Positions 45,186 through 60,360 of a stretch of DNA of 64,000 bases are shown piece after piece (position 1 is the first letter of the stretch; each line of letters starts with the position of its first letter). The stretch is taken from positions 33,901-97,900 of the forward strand of contig NW_005434632.1 in the NCBI RefSeq assembly GCF_000315625.1. Reading direction: 5' to 3'. Position numbers and translations under genes: made by a program. The stretch is from Guillardia theta CCMP2712 (lineage: Eukaryota; Protista; Cryptophyta). Below the pieces are notes generated by a model that saw nothing but the letters and a program-made list of their open reading frames with translations, ran no database searches and had not been told where the DNA came from.

Positions 45186-47500
45186 TTTGACAGGCAGGCC
45201 GACGGGGAACACGCGGACTCTGTTCAAGGCCAAGCACTCGTTTGTGGAGGTTCCTATGCTGTTGCTGCTCTCCGTTGCCTCAGGCTCGATCAGTTTGACT
45301 GGAAGCAACACTCGCTCAAGGTCACAGAGACCGACGACGACAAGGTCAGGGTCGAGGAGGGGGAGAAAGTCGTTGCTGACGCTGATGGCTGCAGCAATGC
45401 TGCACGGGAGTCCTGCGCAGATGCGACTTGGGAATGCACATGAGTTTCTGTCACGCAGGTCTTCAAAGACGTGTGTGTGTGCGTTGCAAAACCTAACACG
45501 TCCATCTACAGATACAGGGATGTTAGCTAACGTACTCCTGCTTTCCATACAATGCTCCCGCTCACTCCTGTGCTCAGCGTTGTCCTTATGCCTCGCATCA
45601 AGAAGATCCGAAGGAGGAGGAGGAGGAGGCGGAGGTGCGCTCGCGTTCTCCTCCCCTTCATCCTCATGCGCCTTCAGACTTTGAGCTCAGCCAGGAAGTG
45701 TAACCCTGCTTCACCTCTCTACCCTCCGGTTCAAAATCTCCCAGTGTTCAAAGACCTTGAGCTCAAAAGATTGCGACAGGAGAATGTAAAGAGATTTCAA
45801 GTCAACTACTCGCCAAAGTCAAGGTCAACCCAGAGATGTTGAGGGCGACGCTGCTGATGCTTCTGTTGTCTCTTCTGATGTTACATGTCTGTTCTCACGC
45901 CTTTGTTGACATCTGACTCGTCGGTAGAGTGAATCTCCCAAGGCTTCGAGGAGTTGTCAACAGGTTAGATCGGTCAAAGTCACCCAACGGATCTTGCGAA
46001 GAAAGCTCTTCCGACCCTCCTCCTCCATGCGGGTACCTCAGCATCATCCCTTTCAGCTGCCAATGTCTGAGGCGAGTCTTTTCCCTCCAGCTACACGCGG
46101 AATCTTATTCGCCCTCGATTCCCCTGCACGAGGGCCATGGGTATGAGATCTGGAGCAAACTTGTCCATGATCTTCAGCAACGTTGACATCCTCCCCAAAA
46201 TCTTGTCGCTCGTTTCTGCTGAGGTGACAGCTCTCTGCATCTGCTGCCGTCCGATGACCGATGCGCTTGTCGTGTGCAGACTGTCAGGATTTTGTCGTGC
46301 ACGAACAAGCTGCTCAAAGAAGGTTTCTTCCTCCACCCTCTCGTTTCCTGAGACCCTCGTCAGGTTGTAGTGATCCCTCACTCAGTCACTGTACCCTCCT
46401 CTCGGTCCTGACCTGGAGGCCTCTCGTAGCACAGCAGCCTGGTAACTGAGTTTTCCTTCCTGCAATCAATCCGCCCTGTCAACCTCTCACTCGTCTCCTC
46501 TTCGTTGTCGTTCTCTTGTCATCCTGACTGGCTCATCGGGTAACCAGCGGCAGAGCATGGGGAAGGTTCGTCCAACAAGGGAGAGAAGCTAGAAGTCTAT
46601 GGATGGGTGGAGAGCATCGACTGGATTCCACAGCAGCAGCAGGTGACTAGAAGTTGCTCTCTCCTCTTTTGCCTTCACTATGATGACTTCCTTCATCTCC
46701 CCCTCTTCCTCCTCTCCCCCCTATCCTCACAGATTCTTCTCTCACCCTTCTCAGGTTCCACTCGTAGCATGGGAATTCAGCATGAACGCGGTAACATGAC
46801 CGTTCTTGCTTCTTCTTTCCTCAACCCTTCCAAGTGCCTCGGCGCCCACACCACCGTCTGCTCCAAGTCTCAACAAGTTCGAAGTCTTCAGGTCTCAATT
46901 CTCAACTCTCGCCTCCCCCATCATCCAGCAGCCGCAGGACGCGGAGGCGGCAGCTCGCAGGCTCAGTCTCATCCTCAACCCAGTGAGTCTCGGCACACAG
47001 CGCCGAGTGTCGCTCAACCTGCTGCCAGAAGCGAGGAAGAAGCGCGGCAGAAAGCAGTGCTGGGGAGCAGGAGAGGTCAGCGATGGAGGCCATGTCTCCA
47101 GCTGAGATGTCGTCGAGGTGGTTCAGGTCAGCGCTAAGATCAGGCGGCAGTCGCTGACATGGCACATAGAGCGGTGATGGACGAAGATATCAGCGTCATG
47201 GAGGTAGAGGACGGGTTGACGCTGACAGATGGACGCTGACAGTCTCGCAAGGACTGTCTGCGGCAGGGCTGGCATGTCGATAGCAAGAACAAGGCCGGAT
47301 ACACGGGGATGGTGCGATGGCTAGAGGGCGGAGTGAAGGTGTCTGAGCTGACCGCAGGGGCTCGCAGTGGAGAGGTCGAGGAAGAAGGCATGCGACTTCT
47401 TGCGCAAGGTTGACGAGCTTGTTGGTTATCAAGACTGACAACAGTCCAGCATGGTGCAACTAACGTGACACCTTGACAAGCTATCTCTGTTCCTTTCTGT

Positions 47501-47994
47501 TCACTTTCCCACTCCCGCTGTTTCTCTCAAATACCTTTGTCCTTCTGTTCAATTCCTCCACTTCTCTCACAACCTGCCTGCTAAAGTACATGCAGCCTTC
47601 TTTCAGTAGTCTACCTCGCAGATCTCCTCTCCCTTGGGCTTCGGCTTGCTGTCGCACTCCTGCATCGCCGTCGCTCCTTCGGATTCTCCTGCGCTCATAT
47701 CATCCTCCTCCTCCGCAGAAAAGGAGACGCGCTACCTGCCGGCTTGCCGCCTTCCGACTTGTCTGCTGCACTGGCGTCCTTGACAAGCGCCAGTGGGGTG
47801 ATGGCAGTCAAGGCAACAAGAACCTGCCTGCGATGAAGGGAAGCCGACGAGCTCGCAGACATGCTGATAGAGGTCGAGCATGGCGATCGGGCCGATCTCA
47901 AGCTCAGGCCAACATTCCCCACCTGCACGAAGGCCTCGCACGCAGTCGTCGCAGACAGAAGAAGCAACAGAGCACGAGAGCCTGTAGGAAACAT
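47501..47994 (-). CDS. Small putative thylakoid-lumen protein (signal + transit + twin-arginine peptide)
   Basis: ALLLLLSATTACEA-F, a Ser/Arg-rich transit segment, then RRQVLVALTAITPLALVKDASA. Three further short exons end AGVGK* (splicing inferred). Confidence 0.6.
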
Positions 47995-48335
47995 TTCTTC
48001 CTGCCGCATCATCGTCATGGCGTCGCAAATGGTGCCACAAAACACAAGTAGCTTGTTCCCTACAGTGTCATCGTTTCTTCATGACAACTATTATATGCTA
48101 CATCATCCTCATCTGCGACAGCATCGTAGCCATCATCGAACTATATGCAGTATCTGCCGAGCCATTTCTCAAAATTATGGCCACACTGTGATATATCGCA
48201 CGAAACATAGTCATGTAACATTGCGGAAATCATCATAAAACACATCCTTAACAAGAGCATCCTCCTCCTCCTCCCCCTCCTGCTCCTCCTCCTCCCCCTC
48301 CTGCCCCTCCTGCTCCTCCTGCTCCTCCTCCTGCT

Positions 48336-48424
<89 letters not shown>

Positions 48425-48426
48425 AT

Positions 48427-48473
<47 letters not shown>

Positions 48474-50192
48474 CTTCTGCATTTTCTCATCAGCGAACAT
48501 TTCTGCATGTCTGCCCCAACTTCCTTGAGTCTAGAGTCTATCGCGTCAGAAAATAACTTTCTTACTAATGAATCCGCCTCAGGATAAATCATACCATCAA
48601 AAGAAGGCATTGAAAAAACATCTATGAATGAATCAGCGTATGTTATCAGCTGTCCTGCGAGCATCGTTGGGCGATTGCGCCGGCCTGCCTCAGGCATCCC
48701 AAGAGTCGTTGGAGGCAGAGGGGGTAGGGGTCTATCATGTGCCGGGTACAATCATACAAATATCCCCAAATGTGCACCGGTAGGATGCTAACCCCTAGTA
48801 GGATGCTGTGGAAAATGCAGGGAGGTGGCGTTACAGTAGCAGGATGGGGAGCATGCGGGGCGGCTGTGGTCTTGTTGGTCATGCTGATGGTGAGGGAGGA
48901 TGGAACCCTTCCTCGCTCCCTTCACAGCAAACTAGCACAGCGAACATATGGTCTGCTGGAGGAAGTGAACATCGAGGAGTTGAACAAGTGCGATGAAGGT
49001 GATGCATCGAGTGTCTCCTTGGTTCACTCATGGCTGATGATGAAACCGTTGGTTTGTCGTCTTGATGGCGTGCTGCATGTTTCTTGCTTGCTGATCAGAT
49101 CCCAGACATCATAGCACATTGAATGTTCTTTGAAGCTGATTTGGACATATGGCGCAGATAAAGATTCGGATCTTTCGTGCGAAGATGAACGAAGACCAGA
49201 AGTTGCCGGGTTTGAGAAGTAAATGAGCTTGTCGCACAAAGGGCAATTTCTGAAAGGCTTGGCGCAGGTACACAAAAGAATGGACTATACCTCGTGGGCT
49301 AGGATATTATCACGTTTCTCCTGAACCTAATACCGATAGCATCAGGTCAACTTCGATGACGTTGAGCAGAGGCTCGCTGAGCTTTACTTGCAGCTCCGTG
49401 GGAAGGAGTAAGCGACCTGCTCATAACGCTGTTGGGTGGCAGTGGGGACAGACGGCCCCAACTCCTCCTTTCAAGGTAAGGGTTTGAACCGCTCTATGAG
49501 ATTTATCGTAGATTGATGTTTTGACCAGAACGTTCGAGACGGGGAGGATTCAATCCCACAGGGCATCGGGTACTACAGGGGGGATTCTGTGAACGAGCAG
49601 AGAACCATTCCTCATGCTGTCCTTCCCGAGGCAAGAGCTGAGCGCTCCCCTTCAGTGTCCTACCCTGATGATGCTGGTATCAGGCAAAGGAGGAAGAGGA
49701 CATCATTCCTCAGGGGCTCAACTACTACAAGGGCGCGACGGATGAGTATGATCAAGACTACTTGCGCGATCCGACCTACTTCGACCAGGTCAGAATCCGC
49801 ATGATGTGTGATATGAGCTGTAGCAGCGGCTGACTGGTCGTGAAGGCTTACCGATTAGCCTATCCCAAACTTCCCGACCAAGACAACAGGTAAGAAGTTT
49901 TACTTGCATAAGTTGTGCTGGAATGCTGAACTCTATGTAGGGCTAAGTTTTTTGACGATGAAGTCGCTTGTACTGCGTCAGGAGAACCACTTCGATGTTG
50001 AAAGCAAAGGTTGACAAAACGAAAATTGTACATTGCACTGTAAGGATAAATTTGATCGTGAAAGAACCATCTATGAGTAAGGGCTGGTTTCCTGCTACAA
50101 CTCTGCTTGATGCGATGCATTGCATGAGAGCTAGAAGACACCCAGCAGCCATTCAAGTCCGGGATTTTCTTTTAATATGAGAAGGAGATGGT

Positions 50193-52028
50193 CTAAGAGA
50201 GTCTTGCAGCTCTAACGTACAAAGAATCTACCACCTTGGACATGTTCTCGATGGTTTCTAGACCGGTTTCGAGCGTGGCATTGTCTGGCAGATCCTCATA
50301 GGCTATCAATGCACCTGAGCCCTGATCCAAAATTCCGTTGAATTTCTTGTCTAAGATCATTTGTGAAAGAGTTGTTTCCACAGTTTCCACAGGCAGCTTG
50401 ATCAAGTCTGCAACGTGTGCAATCTGAACTTGAGAAAACGGCTCGATCAATCTTGAAAGATTCTGTTCTAGGAGCGTATTGTACAGATTGTCTAAATGAA
50501 ATTTGGTAACAGGGTCCTCCCTCAATTCCTCGGTATACAATTCCTGCACAAGGCATCAAAAACCTTAAGCAAAAAGCTCGAGCTGTAAACCTGCGTATCG
50601 ATGAGCTTGGCTAGGGAGCGCTCCTTATATGCAACCGCAATCGCGCGCATCGCTTCCAATTCCTAATGGATTACGTTAGACCGAAATGTGGCGTTGGGGG
50701 ATGAATACCTTGCTTGAGCCATTCTTCAAAGCGTATTTTGAGTCGATCAGGCCAGTAACTTCGTCAGACTGGGTGTACATTATTTCCCACGTCAAAGAGG
50801 AGGGGGGGAGCATGATACCGCATTCGTCATAATCTTACAAAGCAGCATATGCTTCAATGATTTGACAAAACGAGGATCTTCCTGAGACTGAAAAGCTTCC
50901 ATAGCTTCGAAGAAGTAAGAATATGCTGTCTTGTAGTCCTGTTCAATAAATTAGTTTTCTGTTAAATCCTACTTAGGGTCCTCCCTCACCTTCTCTTCTG
51001 CATGCAAGGTTCCAGCTTGGGTATCAATTTGAGCCTGTTGGAAACAATAAATCCCCGCAAGCAGCGAGACCTGGTCGTCACCTGTAGCAGTGGAGGACAG
51101 TAGATCGAGTTTGCTGCAGTGCGCGCAGAGGTCAAAGCAGCCTTGCTTTTAGGAAGATTTCTGAGCTGGTGATGTGTTCTACTCTCAACAAGGTGGATCT
51201 GCAGGATTTGGTCAATCAAGTTGAATAGAAATGAGGTAATTCACACACACCTCAACAAGAAGTGGCTTGTCATCCAGCTTCTTCACCTCCCTCAACAGCT
51301 CATCGACAAGTTGCAGCGCTTTTGTGTAATCCTTGGTCTCAAAATACCTGAGTTGAAGGTGAGAACCAAGTTCATCGACAAAACAAATGGCAGCACATGC
51401 TGGCAAGACGAGTCTGTATGCGATGCCTCAAGAACGTACGCTTTTCTTGCTTGCACCATTCGATCGTATCAAGACAAAGTTGCAGCTGAACTCCTTCCGA
51501 GCCAGGAATCTTGGCCATGACATCAATGAGGGTACGGACTGATTATTATGGTTGTCAGAGCACATGGTTGGAGCCCTCAAGGTTTCTACCTATCTTGGCA
51601 GTCTTGGCTTTCGGAATGTTGTTGAAGAAAGGTCTAACGTCGATCATCAGCTTCTGGATATCAGCCACTCTCCTGACAACGGTATGTAAGCACAAGATCC
51701 ATAAAGGAATTGTTTCGAAGGACCGCTGGTCAGCATACAAATCTCCAAGTCTGCATATTGCTTGCTCTTTGGTCTTGTTAAATTCTTCATCCTCCATATC
51801 TGAATGAAAGGTAAGAACAGCCCGCGAGACGCTATAAGGCTAAAGGATCATGCATGCACTAAAACCACCAACACAAGAGTGAAGGCATGACAATACATCA
51901 GACACTGGAGGAGAAGAGGAGAGACGAGAACCTTGTGCTATGATACTCTTGTACTCCTTCTCAGCCTCCTGTGGCTTCAGCTGGTGCATCACGCGAGCGC
52001 GCTTGAGCGCTTCTATCGCCTCATCCAT
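50193..52028 (-). CDS. RPN6: 26S proteasome non-ATPase regulatory subunit RPN6/PSMD11
   Basis: [45 protein letters not shown], and the PCI domain [14 protein letters not shown]...[17 protein letters not shown]. Confidence 0.95.
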
Positions 52029-52050
52029 GGCTTGCCACCTGTCCTCCTCA

Positions 52051-52165
52051 CCGTTACATTTCAACTATACGTCGTTACGTCCGCAAATTTGACAAGTGTG
52101 ACCGTTACAATGATGAGAATATAACGGACCGGAGTCCTTACTTCTAGTCGTTACAAAAATCGTTA
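52051..52165. promoter_or_regulatory. Six (C/T)CGTTA / TAACGG motifs immediately upstream of RPN6
   Basis: Motifs at 52051, 52072, 52102, 52122, 52148 and 52160. Confidence 0.45.
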
Positions 52166-53457
52166 CGATTCATAAGGCAGTGCGAGAAGAGGCCGCAGGC
52201 ATTCACGTGAAGTTTCGAGGGGTGGAGGGTACTTGATGGGGGTAGGGGTGGAGGGCTCATGAGCAGGGTAAGGTGGGTGGGACTTCAAATGCCTGGTGCT
52301 CTGAGGGTGGGGGTAATGTGTAATGCCATGGGTGGGTGGCCTGTGGAGTCGAGGGCGGGTAGAGGGAGTAAGAGATGAGGTAGGACAGTTTTAGTAGAGG
52401 TGCCACTTATAAAAGATGAGAGGTGGAGGCCATACCTGCAAAAGACCCAAGGTGATCGCAGGCATTCTTGGTAGGACCGGGGGGTGGGTAGTATGGCCCA
52501 TACGGGCCAAATGAGCATTGGGTGGGTAGTGTGAATAAAAGGACACAGTGGACTTTTGTAGGGGTAGGTGATGTCAACGGGTAGGGTAGATCTTGGAATT
52601 CGAGGTGGTGGGTGAGGGTCCTTGTGTGGGGGTGAAGGGGGTAGTGGCTGAGATGTGCAAGATAGATCCATGAAAGTCAGTAGGGGTGGGTAGGTGCTGA
52701 TAGGGGGTGATCTGGTGGGGTGGGTAGGAGTCTGCAAGGAGCAGGACGCATGGAAGGAGAGGAAGGCGGGGTCGCATGCAGGGGGCGGGAGAGGGAGGGA
52801 GGAGGGGGAGGAGGGGGGCTGAAGAGGAGGGCGACAGAGGGTTGACAACACCATGAAACAGATGTGTTCCAGGCAGATAGGTGTCAACTGATCCAGCACA
52901 GAGGCCAAACTAGCAAGTTCTTTCCGTGCATCAGTATGTTTAGTTGGATTTAGAGGATATCAGATATCTTGATTTGGCATCCACAGTCAAACAGAAAGCT
53001 GGGTAGCTTCGAATGAATCTCTGCTGCTTTCTTTGTTATGCACTGGAGGATTTCATATTGTCTGTTGAGATCTCGCTCGATGATGTTGCCAAATTTATTG
53101 ACATTGATGGAATGCATGCCGGATAGCTGATGTGGGCTGTAAACGCATTGCTGACTAAGCCAGATAGCGATAGAAATACAACATGGACATTGGTTGATGC
53201 ATGCTCTGGTCTGAGATCTGACATTGTTTTTCGATAGTTATTGCGACTGGTCGCACGAACCCATTGGACCGGGCGTACTGAGAAAAGATTATGAAATACT
53301 GATCTGAGGAGAGGGGGCTGTGATGAAATTGATGAGAAATAGCGCCATGCTGATAAAGCTCTTCTTCCTGATTCTCTGCATTGCCCGGGTATTGCCATCG
53401 ACATTCGCCGGCTCAGGTACTGTGAGAGATAGTGGCTGAGTAACTTGGTGCTGAGAC

Positions 53458-55246
<1,789 letters not shown>

Positions 55247-55308
55247 GAGAGCGTTTGCAACATAACAACAACAAACTTGGAGAAAGAATAAACATAAAGA
55301 GACGAAGA

Positions 55309-58300
55309 CTAGGCAGCGGGCTCTGCCAACGACGAAGGATGAACGGGTTTCTTCAGGAAGAGCATCGCCCAACCTTGGAACCTGTTGTAACGTTAGCTGC
55401 TACTGCTCGGGGAGGACTGGGAGGACGAGGAGATACCAGCAGAGCGCTGACATGGCGTAGCAGCCCGTACGATACTCCCCGAAATGTTCGCGGGAGACCC
55501 CGAGGAAGAGAGGGCCGAGCGACATGCCCAGCATCTCGCACGTGCGCGAGATCCCAGTGATCTCACCGAGATGCTCTCTGAGCAGAGAATGAGGATGAGA
55601 ACAAACGGGAGGAAGGAGGCAGCGGAGGGGGAGGAGGGAAAGGAGGGGGAGCTAGAAGAGGAGGACAGGAAAGGGACATGGGAAAGGAGAGAGCAGAGAG
55701 AGCAATGCTGACATGTACCTGCCATAGTAGTTTGCCCATACCGTCTGTTTCACACTCTGTCGGGTACCGCCGACGCATCCTCGGATGATGCCGAAGAGGA
55801 TAGCGGTGGAGGGGCTGCTGATCTCGGTCGAGATGTAGGTGGAGAGGGCAAGGCAGAAGGAGGAGAAGGCGAGGATGTACCTGCAGGCAGAAAATGAGGC
55901 GATGTGATGCTGGGGGAGCACGTGGCAAGCGAGGAAAGGAAGCAGGTGAGCAGGTGAGAAGAAAGCAGGCAAATTCATCAACAGGGAGGATACAAGAGGA
56001 AGAAAGAGGAGGATTCAACGACTGTTCGAATCATCCCCTTTCCTCCTTGTCTGTGCTGAGTAGGGCAGGGCACCTGATCTCAACGCCATAGTCGATCATC
56101 CACCCCGAGGCTGTTCCAACGAGCACCGCGAGGATGAAGTGAGGGATGTACACGCACTGAGCCAGATTGATCTGCTTCAGCTTCGCGTCCCCGACTGCCG
56201 ACAGCAGCGTCAAATGGAGAGGAGAGGAAGGGAAAAGAAGAGGGGCGGGAGGATGGAGAGTTTGGAGAGGAACAAGGAGTTCATCGTAAGAAGCAGTGGG
56301 GGACATTGTGGAGGAAGGAGATGTGGGAGAGGAGGACGTGAAAGTGGAGAAAAGGGTTGGACCTGTATCCATGACGATGTCAAGGAGGAAAAGAGTAGTT
56401 GTTGGGCCAACAATGCAATAGAATACATTGTTGGTAAGTAAAAGCCAGAACGAAGAAGTTTGCATCGCCTGCATCACAGAATGAGGGAGGGCAGACCAGT
56501 GGAGAGGAGAGAGGGAAGAGGAGGGGAAGAGGAGGAGGCAGAAGAAGCAGCATGCTGGTGACGGAGGGTACATGGAAGAACCTCAGAGCAAGAGAAAGAA
56601 GGGGATGACGATGCTTCCTGCTTCTCCGGTTTAGGCTCCTTGCTGCGGTCACTTGATGCTTCGACCTGCGAGGAGGAAGAAAGTTGTCATGTGAGGGACC
56701 CGCGAGGAGGAACAGCAGCTGGATAGGAGGGGAAGCGAAGAGGGAAGAAACGAGTATAGCGAGAACTTGGAGAAGAGGAGGAGGATGGGGAGGAAGTGGA
56801 GAATTAAACAAATAGAAACGAGTGACAAGTATACAAGAACACGAGGAGAATTCAAGGGAGGATTGGAGTAGAAACAGACGGAGAAGAGGAAGACAAGGAG
56901 GAGGAGGCGGTGAGCAGCTGGGCTGACCTGCTTGCCGTCCAAAAGGCTCTCGTACTCGATGCCTGTACTCTCCACCCACTTGCCGTCAGGCTTCATCCCG
57001 ATCTCTTCCGGCGTGTTGATGGCGAAGATGAAGATCCAGGACATGGCGACGAAGCAGACGGCGACGGAGAGATGGGAGGTGGCCCGCCAGTCGTCCAGGT
57101 TCTGCACGATCTGAACGAGCACGAGATCCTGGAGGCAGACGTAGAAAATCTGCGGAGCCATAAGGAGAGGGAGGAGGCGAGAAAGAGGTAGGAGGAGAGA
57201 AGAAGGTTGACGGAGGTGGAGCGAAGGGATATGAAAGGAGGAGGAGATAGATGAATGAGAAGGAGGAGGAAGAGGAGGAGGAGAAGGCAGGCAGGGAGGC
57301 AGAGAGGGATCAAGGAGCACGACGAGCACGAGGACAAGGACGTGGACAAGGAGCGAGGAGGAGGAGGAGGAGGAGGAGGATGATGATGACAAACCTGACG
57401 GATGGAGGAAACTCTGCCTCGCTGCTTGAGGAACCAATGGTTGATGAGCACATTCCCAGCTGTATCTATCCCTGCCTGCAGCACCCTGATACCGAAGATT
57501 GCCAAAACCATGATGGCCATCCGCAGGGGAGGAAAGAAAATCTTGCAGGAAAGCATGTCAGGAGAGAAGGATGGAGCAGCAAGAGGAGGCGGGGGATGAG
57601 CAGAAGAAGATTCCGGAAGAGATGTCAAGTGAGGTAGAGGGGGGTCGGAGGAGGAAGGATAGGGGGAATAGAAGGGGGAGGAGGAGGAGTAGGCAGTAGT
57701 GGTGATAGTGGTGGTAGTGAAGGAGGAGGAGGAGGTCGACACCTCCTGCGCAATGATGGGAGCATAGAAAGGACCGCAGATGAAGAGCAGCATGACGACG
57801 AGCGAATGTCTGCCAAACTCATGAGAACTTCCTCCACCCTCCCGCCTCCCGCCCGGTCTTACTTGGGCCCCCACTTGTCCACGTTCTTGCCTATGTAGGG
57901 CTGAAAGAAAGCTCCGCACAAGTTCCCAACCGAGAAGAGAGCAGACAGAGTGGTGCGGGTGAGATTGAGCGAGATCCGCCAGCCGGGGAAGGAGAAGGCC
58001 AAGACCTGATCCCCTCCGTCAAGCAGCTTTTCTCTCCAGCCTCCTTGCCTCTCGCCACCCACACACCGTCGTCCAACTCCTTATTACTTCTCCTTCCCAT
58101 CTCCATCCTCCTCCTCCTCCTCCCTTCTAGTTTGCTCCCTGTCGATTCCTACCTCCTTCTCCTTTCGACTGCGCCTCCTCCCTCCTCACCTTCGGAATCC
58201 CAAACGCTGCCGCGCTGCTCGCAACGAGAGAAGAGATGACGGCGATGTACTGTGGTTCGACGCAGCAGTACCAGGCCTAACAAGCAGAATGAGAGGAGAA

Positions 58301-58469
58301 GAGAGATCAGGAATGAGGGGTGAAAGTTGAACTTTGACAGTTGTGAGTTGAGAATGTTGAAAGCGATGCCGTCAGAGTTCTCTTCTCCTTCCGTCACCTT
58401 CATGCTGTCTTTCATACTCTCCTTCTTGCTCCGGATGACCTGATGGTGCTGCTCTGCATTTCCCGCCAT
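55309..58469 (-). CDS. Major facilitator superfamily transporter (many exons)
   Basis: Motif A-like IGKNVDKWGP and SGWMIDYG, plus INHWFLKQRG, WANYYGR|EHLGEITG and multiple transmembrane segments. Confidence 0.78.
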
Positions 58470-59649
58470 CTGCTCAGCGGGTCACCATCGTCAGATGCTA
58501 TCCGCAGAACTCACCTGATAGGAGCGAACGTGATGACTGGAATCATACTCTGCAGACAAAACCGTCATAAACGTCATATGGATGTTCGCTCTTCACGTTC
58601 ATCTCCCACAACTCAAAACAACCAGAGCACCAAATCACGAAAGGAGAAGCACCAAGAGGGAGGGAGAGGGAGGAAGAGGGACAGAGAGGGAGAGGAAGGG
58701 GAGGGGAGAGGGAGAGGAAGGGGAGAGGGGAAGGGAGACAAGCGGACGGGAGAAGGAGTTCTAATCTGCAACGACCTGAGACTTGAGGTGAGAGCGGCTG
58801 GTGGGCGTCAGCCTGGAAGGCGCCGAAGGTCTGATAGTTCTCTGGTTCTGTGTGGATCACAACCGTGTGCTTTGCTGAGCTCATGGCGAGGACGTTGGGA
58901 CAGGAACAACTAAGACGTGACCCTCGTCCTCCAGTTCCGTGCGCTACAACATCGCTGCTTCACTGCGAACTAAATGTCATCATGCCTGGCCTGGTACAAC
59001 GGGAAAATGCATCAAGACTATCAGAAACGTTACCAACACTTTGTTCTCTCACCAGGACAGCTTCTCCATTCACTCCACACGTCCATCACCGCGTCATCGC
59101 AAGGGCATGGTGGACTTCAAAGAGGTTTCAGTGACGGATACAAACTGTTGGACCCTTCACCCAGCCAACATCTACATCATCTCACTTATCTCATCTCAAC
59201 CGGCTACAATAATTCCTCCTCTACCCTTCCACGTTGATCATATCATCCTTCGCAGCACGTTTTCAGCTTGGAAGATGATGTATTTTCCACTCGCCACGCA
59301 TCGTCATCCTGACATCTTTCCTGACACATCCATCGGTCCTTCCCAAAACATGCTATCTGATGGTGATTGCTAATCTTTTCTTGTATCTCAAGCTTGTGCA
59401 ACTCCCTTCACTCGATATCATCGCCTCATTCAAATGCTCATTCGTATTCGAATATAAAGTTCCACTATCTACCTCCAACCTGCTTGGCATAGCCAAATTC
59501 AGCCCACTTCGTACATGTCACTCACTACCCAATCAGAGCTCTCAGTTGTGATCATTCCATGTTGTATCTCCGATACCTCTGTTTGAAACGACAACATAAA
59601 ATATCTGTTCCCAACTTCAAAGATGACGATCGGTCAAGTACCACCTTAA

Positions 59650-59778
<129 letters not shown>

Positions 59779-60360
59779 TGACCTCCTCCTCCTCCTCTCC
59801 TCTCCTCTCCTCCTCGCCATGGAACTTTTCGCTGCATGCTTTCATCATCATATCCCACTAACTTTCACCCCACCTACCCTAAAATGAATCCTTCTCAACA
59901 CCCCTAACATTTCACACGCACCCGTCATATTTCCATGTATTAGCAATAGAAGGGTACAAGTACTCTACTCCCTGATATTTACCCTCATTTGACATATGAG
60001 TAATTTGCTCTTGGAGCCATAAGTTACCTATGAGATACCCCTACCCCATCATTTGTATCATGACCCCTATGGTCGCCTATCTTCCGATCACTACCCCAAG
60101 GTTATTCTACCTAATTCGGTGAATCGAGGACCCCACCCCACCATTTTATCACCCCACCCCTCCATTTAATCACCCCACACCTTCCGATTCCTCATTTCTT
60201 CATATCATAGTACCCCTCCCCTGATAGAATTGAGATATCAACCACCACCACCCTACTAGGAAAAAAACCGTCCAAAAACTGCCTTGGTCCTTGTAACGGT
60301 CTGTTGCGACAGTTTCATTCGGAACCATCAACGGCCGTGCACCATTGCACCGCAGGAATC

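Noticed and set aside
45400-49860. Probable additional plus-strand genes at about 45.4-47.4 kb and 48.8-49.9 kb
   Set aside because: Exon-like fragments are present, but I could not build a supported model or function.
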